32,000 bases of DNA from Candidatus Saccharimonadota bacterium (GTDB lineage: Archaea; Nanohalarchaeota; Nanosalinia; Nanosalinales; Nanosalinaceae). The position numbers were made by a program, and so were the translations under genes. Each line of letters begins with the position of its first letter. Within the stretch, counting starts at the first letter, position 1. This document shows positions 18,053 to 24,845 of the stretch, in pieces. The stretch spans positions 150,001-182,000 of the forward strand of contig NZ_CP107255.1 in the NCBI RefSeq assembly GCF_029232205.1, read 5' to 3'. A model generated the notes under the pieces. The model ran no database searches and was not told the origin of the DNA. It saw only the letters and a program-made list of their open reading frames with translations.

Positions 18053-19000
18053 TTAAGGTAGGATTTCAAGACCGGTACTTTTCAGCACCCACTCCACTAT
18101 CAGAAGCAGGGCACCGAGGAAGATAAATACTGTAGTGAAGTCCTGAGCAGTTTCTCTATTGGTAATACCCACAATTTCAGGATCCAGAGCTGTATTGTTG
18201 GTCATGAAGACGCTTTCTCCGCCTGTGCTGTTTGAGAGTCTTTCAAGTTCGTCTTCGTTAAGGTTAGGGAAGTCAGCTCTTGAAGCATTGTTCCCGTTAA
18301 TTATCTGGTACTGATCTCCTTCTCTGTTCTTTCCAAGGCCTATAGTGTAGACTGAAATATTATTGTTGTTTGCAAATCGGATAGATTCATTGATTCCCGA
18401 TCCTACATTGTTTTCTCCATCGGTGATAAGTATTATTCTTCTTGGTGTTGTGGAGTTCTGAAGGATTGTGCCTGAGCTTATGACCGCGTCACCGATAGCT
18501 GTACCGGCCCTGTCGCCTATCTCCATCCTCCTGATATCTATCTTTTTCTCTGCAAGATTTCCAGAAGGCTCTGAAACCACGTTTACATCTCCAGAGTATG
18601 ATACGAGGCCTAGTGTTGTCTGATTTGTCATTTCATCTACGAGGCCTGTTGCGATATCTTTTGCTGCCTGGAATCTGGTCGGTTCTATGTCGGTTGTGAA
18701 CATTGATGAGGATGAGTCTACTGCGATGACGTAGCTTGCGTCTGCTACTGATGTTTCTCTGACAAGTTCTGGCCCTGATACTCCGATTATGAGGCATGTG
18801 ATTGCTGCGAGTTTTAGGAAGGCCAGTATATTGCTGGATCTGAGGAAGTTTCCTCCTGCTACTTTCTGAAGTGTTTCATAGTTCCCGAACTTCATGGCGC
18901 GGGCCTTCTTCATTTTTCGGGAGTAAATGGTTATTCCAAATAATAGGCCTATGATGAGTCCGAGGAGTGGTGCGTACTGGTATGAGAACTGTATTTCCAT
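18053..19000 (-). CDS. von Willebrand factor A domain membrane protein (BatA-like)
   Basis: N-terminal TMs (YAPLLGLIIGLLFGITIY and ILAFLKLAAITCLIIGV). MIDAS motif VIAVDSSSSM. Also TAIGDA, RRIILITDGENN, and a C-terminal TM (TVFIFLGALLLIVEWVL). Confidence 0.8.
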   Translation of the reverse strand: MEIQFSYQYAPLLGLIIGLLFGITIYSRKMKKARAMKFGNYETLQKVAGGNFLRSSNILAFLKLAAITCLIIGVSGPELVRETSVADASYVIAVDSSSSMFTTDIEPTRFQAAKDIATGLVDEMTNQTTLGLVSYSGDVNVVSEPSGNLAEKKIDIRRMEIGDRAGTAIGDAVISSGTILQNSTTPRRIILITDGENNVGSGINESIRFANNNNISVYTIGLGKNREGDQYQIINGNNASRADFPNLNEDELERLSNSTGGESVFMTNNTALDPEIVGITNRETAQDFTTVFIFLGALLLIVEWVLKSTGLEILP

Positions 19001-19002
19001 TT

Positions 19003-19890
19003 TTACCAGTCACTTCCGGTTTCATCCATGTACTCTGCGAAGGCTCCGGAGAACTGTTCTCGGGTGTCGACCTTGATCACTCCTGCTCCAGCACCTTCCA
19101 TTTTTGATTTCAGAGCTTTCTCTTCGTTTCGAGCTTTTTCGTTGTACTTCTCCCTTATCTTGTCAGTATTTACTGTCATCTGCTGGCTTCCGGCCGGTGA
19201 TTTGAATCTCATGTTTCCGCCCTCCGGCAGTTTGTAGTCTCTTAGATCGCGGGTCATGATGCACATTACGTGCCTGAACTTTTCTGACGCAATTTTCATT
19301 TTTGCCTTCCAATCTCCCTTGGCCTCGATAAAGTCTGATACAATGAATAGGGCGGTGTTGGCCTTGATCTGTCCAATAGTATCATTGAGGGCCTCTTCCA
19401 GGTTGAAGGTTCCGCCGTGGTTACTGAATTTGGTGACTTCGAGAAGTACTTTCTGGTACTGATCCTGGCCTCCATCAGGATTGATTGTTATCTGATCGTC
19501 ACCGTACATTCCGAATCCCGCGTTAATTCCGGCGTCGATAGAAGCGTATGTTAGAGCAGCTGCGACAACTGCAGCGTACTCTGACTTCATCTTGTCCGCG
19601 GTTCCAAACATCATGGAGTCGGAGACATCGAGAATAATGTAGACGTCCATATCTTTCTCCTCCTCATACTCTTTAACGAACAATGCGTCTGTACTTGCAG
19701 AGTTCTTCCAGTCGATTCTGGATGCGTCGTCTGTTACCTGGTACTCTCTGAGGTCGGAGAATTCGATACCTGAGGCCTGAAACTGTTCTTTGTATTTTAA
19801 CGCGAATCTGAAGAGTTCGGCAACACGTTTAACTTCTGTATCAACTCTTGCAGTTAAATCGTCGGAGCCGAAGAAGTCCTCTTCCTTCAT
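19003..19890 (-). CDS. DUF58 family protein (MoxR-associated)
   Basis: Signature DLREYQVTDDASRIDWKNSASTDALFVKEYEEEKDMDVYIILDVSDSMMFG. The gene abuts moxR with no gap, and an SD-like GGTGAGGT lies just upstream. Confidence 0.85.
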   Translation of the reverse strand: MKEEDFFGSDDLTARVDTEVKRVAELFRFALKYKEQFQASGIEFSDLREYQVTDDASRIDWKNSASTDALFVKEYEEEKDMDVYIILDVSDSMMFGTADKMKSEYAAVVAAALTYASIDAGINAGFGMYGDDQITINPDGGQDQYQKVLLEVTKFSNHGGTFNLEEALNDTIGQIKANTALFIVSDFIEAKGDWKAKMKIASEKFRHVMCIMTRDLRDYKLPEGGNMRFKSPAGSQQMTVNTDKIREKYNEKARNEEKALKSKMEGAGAGVIKVDTREQFSGAFAEYMDETGSDW

Positions 19891-20901
19891 CTACCTCACC
19901 GGCACTGTATTTACAATATCATCGATTATGTCCTTAATTTCAATTCCCTGGGCCTCTCCCTCGTAGTTAAGAAGGATTCTGTGGATGAAAACTGGCTCGA
20001 TAATGGCTCTGACATCTTCAGGTGTTACATAGTGTCTCTTGTTGTATAGTGCGTGAGCTCTTGCTGCCAATGCAAGGTTAATGCTTGCTCTCGGTGTGCA
20101 ACCCCATTCAATGTACTCTCCGTATTCCAGGCCGTAGTTTTCAGGGTTTCTGGATGTATCCACGAGGTCCACAATATATTCCTTGATCTCCTGACTGACA
20201 GTTACCTGTTTTGCGAACTCCTGTATTTCGAGCACGTCTTCGTCGTCTACAACTACTCCAACATCGAAGTCCTCGTCGTCCATAATGTTTGCGTTCATGT
20301 CGATAATCTTCTGTTCGTTCTTCTTCTTAGGGTAGTCAAGGTAGATCTTGAACAGGAAACGATCGATCTGGGCCTCCGGCAATGGGTATGTTCCACCCTG
20401 CTCTGTAGGATTCTGTGTGGCCAGTGTGAAGAATGGCTCTGGCAAATGGAAGGTCTGGTCTCCAATCGATACTTTGTGCTCCTGCATGGCCTCAAGCATC
20501 GCACTCTGAACCTTTGGAGGAGCACGGTTAATCTCATCTGCAAGAATAAAGTTTGCAAAGATAGGCCCTTTCTCAACGTAGAAACCTTTATCCTCGTTGT
20601 AAGCCTCTACACCGACAATATCTGAAGGAAGCTTGTCGGGAGTGAACTGGATGCGGTGGAAATCAGTGTTTCCAACTACGCGGCCCAGTTGTTCAACTAG
20701 AAGAGATTTTCCAAGGCCTGGTACTCCCTCAAGAAGCACGTTACCTCCGGCTACAATCGTCAATAGTATCTTGTTAATAACATCTTCCTGGCCAATATAT
20801 CCTTTCTGAATTTCCTTCTCCATCGTGCGGATCATCTCTCCAAACTCATCCGCAGTCTCACTCATCTCTTCCTCAGAATAATCGGCGTACTTACTGACCA
20901 T
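19891..20901 (-). CDS. MoxR-family AAA+ ATPase
   Basis: Walker A LLEGVPGLGKS. Walker B region FANFILADEINRAPPKVQSAMLEAMQEHKV. Also FFTLATQNPTEQGGTYPLPEAQIDRF and a typical length of 336 aa. Confidence 0.9.
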   Translation of the reverse strand: MVSKYADYSEEEMSETADEFGEMIRTMEKEIQKGYIGQEDVINKILLTIVAGGNVLLEGVPGLGKSLLVEQLGRVVGNTDFHRIQFTPDKLPSDIVGVEAYNEDKGFYVEKGPIFANFILADEINRAPPKVQSAMLEAMQEHKVSIGDQTFHLPEPFFTLATQNPTEQGGTYPLPEAQIDRFLFKIYLDYPKKKNEQKIIDMNANIMDDEDFDVGVVVDDEDVLEIQEFAKQVTVSQEIKEYIVDLVDTSRNPENYGLEYGEYIEWGCTPRASINLALAARAHALYNKRHYVTPEDVRAIIEPVFIHRILLNYEGEAQGIEIKDIIDDIVNTVPVR

Positions 20902-20923
20902 ATATACAAAACTGGCAAGGCCC

Positions 20924-20934
20924 GAATAAAAAAG
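20924..20934 (-). promoter_or_regulatory. TATA-like box for the moxR operon
   Basis: The minus strand reads CTTTTTTATTC, centred about 28 nt upstream of the ATG at 20901. No SD is present. Confidence 0.3.
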
Positions 20935-20972
20935 TCTACACTCAGTTGTGGATGCTAGAAAATTTCTGATTT

Positions 20973-21007
20973 GAAAGAAAAGAGAAAGAAAAAGAAATGG
21001 AAAATGT
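20973..21007 (-). terminator. Pyrimidine/oligo-T tract downstream of the 377-aa secreted-protein gene
   Basis: The minus strand reads CATTTTCCATTTCTTTTTCTTTCTCTTTTCTTTC starting about 10 nt after the TAG stop at 21018-21020. Oligo-T tracts are the usual archaeal intrinsic termination signal. Confidence 0.35.
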
Positions 21008-21017
21008 AGGTTAAGCT

Positions 21018-22151
21018 CTATCTCTGAGCGCTCTGGTCTGATGTCACATAGAATGTGATCTGACCTTGTGAAACTCCTCCCTGTGGAACTCCCTGTGGAA
21101 CTTCAATTGCTGTGTCCACGGTTAGTCCTTCTCCTGGGAGAAGCATTCTCTCAGGGTTGGCGGAGTCTGCGTTCAGAAGGAACTGTGATCGTTCTCCAGT
21201 CTCAGTTCCTGCTGTCAGGTCATCTACGTCTCCTGCCTGGACATTGTAACGGGTTCTAATTGTCCCTGCGTCAGAAATTGCTGACTTACCTGTATCACAA
21301 CCGGTAAGTACATCGTACTCTCTGTAGCTTCCGTCAGACATGTTGAGTCTGATACCAGTCTCTCCGTCTCCTGACTTTGTTGCTACACCGTAGCTTCCTG
21401 TTGTTGATACGATGTTATACTCTCTCCAGTCTCCTGGCCCGCTGTCTGTGAAGTCAACGGTTCCGAATGAGTCTGGGGAGTGAGCTGTGTTTCCTACTCG
21501 GATGATACTTGGACCACTTGAACCATCGCAGATGTCGTCAGATGCTACTGGGATTACCCAGAAGTACCATTCGCTTCCTGCTCTGAATCTTCCAACGTAT
21601 ACATCGTCAACACCTGAATCTACTTCTGTAGGTGCTGCTTCGATGTAAGAGGGAATATCTCCTCTTTCACTACTCCATGAGTTTGCATACTCATGTCTAT
21701 TAACGTAGTGATATGTTGATGTGTTTCCTCTTACTGAGGATTTCGAAGAAGAGTTTGCAGGTTTGATCTGTAGGAAGTTTCCTGCGTCATATTCTCCTGG
21801 AAGTCCTGTTCCGAAAGGATTGTCGGAAGGTGCCGTAGCTGACGTCCAAACTCGATCAATGTACTCTGAACCAATATTTTCCAGTTCAATTGATCCAAAA
21901 CTGTTTCCTCCGTTGTCTCCTGTTAGAGTTTGAGTTCCTACGTCAAGACTGTTATAGTCTAGAGACTCTGGCTTGACATCGATCGCTGTCTTACTGGCTA
22001 CAGATACTGTGATATTAGAGCTTTCTGAAGTGTTAACGTCGCCATCACTTGTGTTCTGAGTGTTATCTCCTTCAAGAGATTGTGCTGTCGCTGAGAAAGC
22101 CATTCCGAATGCTAGAAGTGCTACTGCTAGAATTGTCAATTTTTTATTCAT
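21018..22151 (-). CDS. Secreted protein without a membrane anchor; candidate abundant surface or matrix subunit
   Basis: Signal peptide MNKKLTILAVALLAFGMAFSATAQS. Gly/Ser/Thr/Asp-rich beta-type sequence (IDVKPESLDYNSLDVGTQ...IELENIGSEYI). Full SD GGAGGTGA sits 4 nt before the ATG, and an oligo-T terminator follows. Codon and k-mer usage is atypical (see findings). Confidence 0.7.
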   Translation of the reverse strand: MNKKLTILAVALLAFGMAFSATAQSLEGDNTQNTSDGDVNTSESSNITVSVASKTAIDVKPESLDYNSLDVGTQTLTGDNGGNSFGSIELENIGSEYIDRVWTSATAPSDNPFGTGLPGEYDAGNFLQIKPANSSSKSSVRGNTSTYHYVNRHEYANSWSSERGDIPSYIEAAPTEVDSGVDDVYVGRFRAGSEWYFWVIPVASDDICDGSSGPSIIRVGNTAHSPDSFGTVDFTDSGPGDWREYNIVSTTGSYGVATKSGDGETGIRLNMSDGSYREYDVLTGCDTGKSAISDAGTIRTRYNVQAGDVDDLTAGTETGERSQFLLNADSANPERMLLPGEGLTVDTAIEVPQGVPQGGVSQGQITFYVTSDQSAQR

Positions 22152-22155
22152 ATTG

Positions 22156-22163
22156 TCACCTCC
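22156..22163 (-). promoter_or_regulatory. Shine-Dalgarno site GGAGGTGA for the 377-aa secreted-protein gene
   Basis: The plus strand TCACCTCC at 22156-22163 is GGAGGTGA on the minus strand. The spacer CAAT precedes the ATG at 22151. This is the longest SD-like match I found in the window. Confidence 0.6.
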
Positions 22164-22228
22164 TTTGATTTGTAAAGGGTTTTGAGTTGAACCAGCCCTA
22201 TAGGGTTGGGATGTGTCGTTTCTAGGAC

Positions 22229-22242
22229 TGACTGATCAGTCA
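22229..22242. repeat. Perfect 14-nt palindrome TGACTGATCAGTCA in the 331-nt divergent intergenic region
   Basis: Read directly from the sequence. It could be a dimeric regulator site or a 5-bp hairpin in the leader of the 21018-22151 gene. Confidence 0.5.
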
Positions 22243-22442
22243 TCCCTAACTTTGCTGGTAAAGAAATACTACTTTCTGAGGAGTTCTGCTTCTTATTGCT
22301 GTAGTCTACTATATTCATGTTTGGGTACACTGTGGTTCTATCTGTTTCAAAGCTAAACTCCCCCTTCTGAGCACAATTATCGTGGGCTTGTATAAAAAGG
22401 TTCAGTATGTAACAGGGCCTGTTAAAGGCCTTCTGTGCCGCC

Positions 22443-22459
22443 ATATTAATCTATTAAAG
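22443..22459 (+). promoter_or_regulatory. TATA-like box for the 22483-27773 gene run
   Basis: ATATTAATCTATTAAAG, with TATTAAAG centred about 27 nt upstream of the ATG at 22483. No SD is present. Two AGGGCCTG copies flank it (22414-22421 and 22458-22465). Confidence 0.35.
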
Positions 22460-22482
22460 GGCCTGAGACCAAATAAATTCTT

Positions 22483-23586
22483 ATGAAGAAGCTTGGATTA
22501 GCAACTCTCGTACTTTTTCTGGTTTCGACTGCTTCAGCGGCCTCAGTAGGCACGAACCCTGGTTTCCAGGATTTTGGAGAGATCAGAAAAGGAGAGACAA
22601 GAGTTGCTAATGTCTATGTTACAACCACGGGATATGATAGTCCTTTTGCAGTAAGGCCTGTGGCCGGAGAGTCTCTTTCAAGTACTTACTTAGACTCCCA
22701 AGATAGTCCGTTCTCTCCTGCGGAATATTCTGGAGAGGATATAACTGAATGGATAAGATTTGATCAAAATGCGTTTAGAGTGACTCCAGCAAATACAACA
22801 GAGTATATTATTGGCGATGGAGTCACTGTAAATTATGCTGGTAGAATAAAGTTCTATATTGAGGTACCTCGAGATGCTGAGCCTGGTTACCATGCAGGCA
22901 TGATCAATGTCAATCCTCAGTTGACTAATTCGGGAACAGGTTTTGGAGCAAGTACTAGAGGCCAGTCAATGTATACTTTTGTTTTCAGGGTTCCTGGAAA
23001 TGTGGAGAAAAGTATTGATGTGGTTGATGCTCGCGGTATCAGGACTGGAGAAGATAGAGCAAGGATCGATATAAGAGTTGCTAACAGAGGAACGGTCACT
23101 ACTAGCATTAGAGGTTCTAACATCGACGTATATAATAGGCAGACTATGTCAAAAGTCGATGATCTGCCTATAGGATATCATAAATTAGCTCCAGGACAGA
23201 GTAAAATTATATCCAGAAATTTAAGATCAAATTCTATAGAGGAAGGCTCTTATCAGGTTAATGGCAGCATCGAGTACATCGGAGGCAGCTCCTTTGTCAG
23301 CCAGCAGACTTTCTCGCTAGCTGATACTATTCAGGATAATCCTCCAGAGGCCTCGAGTTTCGGGCCTTCAGACACAGAAGGTGATTCAGGTAGTCCTATG
23401 TGGTTGCTGGGTCTTTTCGTTGTGATGGTGTCTGTTATCATGTATGCAATGGAGTTCGAGTTGTTCTCCATTATACTTGTTGGCGGAGGCCTTGGAATTG
23501 TTGGTTTCATCGTGTTTACAGGTATTCCGAACTGGACTTTGCTGATACTTTTAACAAGTACGCTGGGAATACTGATGTATGGATAA
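22483..23586 (+). CDS. Signal-peptide protein with two beta-sandwich-like domains and about three C-terminal TM helices
   Basis: Signal peptide MKKLGLATLVLFLVSTASAAS. GFQDFGEIRKGETRVANVYVTT has an ASH/PapD-like strand pattern. RIDIRVANRGTVTTSIRG is CARDB-like. The hydrophobic C-terminus is WLLGLFVVMVSVIMYAMEFELFSIILVGGGLGIVGFIVFTGIPNWTLLILLTSTLGILMY. Confidence 0.65.
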   Translation: MKKLGLATLVLFLVSTASAASVGTNPGFQDFGEIRKGETRVANVYVTTTGYDSPFAVRPVAGESLSSTYLDSQDSPFSPAEYSGEDITEWIRFDQNAFRVTPANTTEYIIGDGVTVNYAGRIKFYIEVPRDAEPGYHAGMINVNPQLTNSGTGFGASTRGQSMYTFVFRVPGNVEKSIDVVDARGIRTGEDRARIDIRVANRGTVTTSIRGSNIDVYNRQTMSKVDDLPIGYHKLAPGQSKIISRNLRSNSIEEGSYQVNGSIEYIGGSSFVSQQTFSLADTIQDNPPEASSFGPSDTEGDSGSPMWLLGLFVVMVSVIMYAMEFELFSIILVGGGLGIVGFIVFTGIPNWTLLILLTSTLGILMYG

Positions 23587-24073
23587 CGTAGAGGACATGA
23601 TGGATTCGTCAAATCTTCTTGTTGGAGCAGCTATTTTTGTTGGAGTTCTTGCAATTGTTCTTTTGACAGCCCCTTATGCTGCAGATAACGCTCTTCTAAC
23701 AGAAAGAAAGTTTACTATACCGATTAACGGTTCGGTTGAAAATATGACTGGTAATGCAAGCTTTGGTGTATCTGCAGGTAGCGGTGGAGCACTTGACTTT
23801 GGAAGAATTGCTCTTGATGCATCTAACTCTACAAGAAATATTACCGTAGGTACTCCGGGCACAAACTACGTCAGACTGGATGCAGAAGGCAACATCACGG
23901 AGCACCTTGAATACAGCAAATACAATTACAATGTGTCCAGTATTCCTGTCAAGTTTATTGGAGAGGAAGAAGGCCAGTTTACAGGAAACATGACTGTAAC
24001 AGTTCAGATACCTAAAGAGGATGGAGGGGAAGCATGGCTAGGAACAAAGTACTGGTTCTACTCACTGCAGTAA
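23579..24073 (+). CDS. N-terminally anchored small beta-sandwich-like protein
   Basis: TM LLVGAAIFVGVLAIVLLTAPYA, then GALDFGRIALDASNSTRNITV and GQFTGNMTVTVQIP. The start overlaps the upstream stop. Alternative in-frame ATGs lie at 23597 and 23600. Confidence 0.55.
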   Translation: MDNVEDMMDSSNLLVGAAIFVGVLAIVLLTAPYAADNALLTERKFTIPINGSVENMTGNASFGVSAGSGGALDFGRIALDASNSTRNITVGTPGTNYVRLDAEGNITEHLEYSKYNYNVSSIPVKFIGEEEGQFTGNMTVTVQIPKEDGGEAWLGTKYWFYSLQ

Positions 24074-24810
24074 TCCTGTCACTTTCAACGGCCTCAGCAC
24101 TCAGCCTACAGGTAACAATCGACTCTATAACTACAGCCGATGTTAAGAATGTGCAGTTCCAGGAGAACTCATCTATCAGCAATGTTAATGCTTCAATAAT
24201 GAACACAGGCTCCATAGGCTGCCAGTACAGATTAAAGCTATCCTACACCTATGCAAATGATACTTACTCATCATACTCAGATAGAAAGGCCCTATGGCCG
24301 GGAGCCTCTGAACTTGCAGAACTGAAGGCGCCTGTATTCAACTATACAGGCCCTGTTAACTCCAGTCTTTACGTAATGTACTGCGATCAAATTAGAGGGC
24401 TTGAAAACTTCACTTTCACGTCCACAGAGAACATCACAGTTAACTCCAGTGTCGAAAGCACTACAAGGTCTGTAACTGAGGAAGAGGCCTCTCTTGAGCT
24501 CGGTGTTGAGAGTGGAGAGCTTGTTCCTGTTGATACACCGCCTTACTGGAAGGCTTCGTACGCTGAGATAGAGAATGGCTCGGCTACTGTAGAGTATGAG
24601 GCCCCGATCTTTGATGAACGGCAGAACCTGACCTATCTGGTTAAATCTGGCGATGAGATTCTTGGAACTACAGAGGTTCAGCTTGAGGCCCGGAAAACGT
24701 TTGTAGATAGGATTATGAGTGTGGACAGGAAGTGGCTTTTCGGCCTGATCGGTTTCCTTGCTCTGATCAACGTCTTTCTGCTTTACAGAACTCTAACAAA
24801 CAGGAATTAA
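24034..24810 (+). CDS. Signal-peptide protein with a C-terminal TM anchor
   Basis: Signal peptide MARNKVLVLLTAVILSLSTASA. SD-like GGAGGGG lies 4 nt before the ATG. Many N-x-S/T sequons. C-terminal TM WLFGLIGFLALINVFLLY. It overlaps the previous gene by 40 nt in another frame. Confidence 0.6.
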   Translation: MARNKVLVLLTAVILSLSTASALSLQVTIDSITTADVKNVQFQENSSISNVNASIMNTGSIGCQYRLKLSYTYANDTYSSYSDRKALWPGASELAELKAPVFNYTGPVNSSLYVMYCDQIRGLENFTFTSTENITVNSSVESTTRSVTEEEASLELGVESGELVPVDTPPYWKASYAEIENGSATVEYEAPIFDERQNLTYLVKSGDEILGTTEVQLEARKTFVDRIMSVDRKWLFGLIGFLALINVFLLYRTLTNRN

Positions 24811-24845
24811 AGATTTAAAGTAGTCCGCGAACAAATACCATCTAG

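Noticed and set aside
22148-22444. 98-aa minus-strand ORF filling the long intergenic region upstream of the 377-aa gene
   Set aside because: It is non-acidic with an odd composition, and I recognise no motifs. It would run through the SD site and the palindrome and hairpin elements. The region is more plausibly a leader or regulatory DNA. Only expression or conservation data could rescue it.
23579-24073. Type IV pilin or archaellin-like class III signal peptide in the 164-aa protein, and likewise in other cluster proteins
   Set aside because: The N-terminus lacks the short charged leader and Gly/Ala-Gln/Leu cleavage context typical of prepilins. No prepilin peptidase, assembly ATPase or platform gene is nearby.
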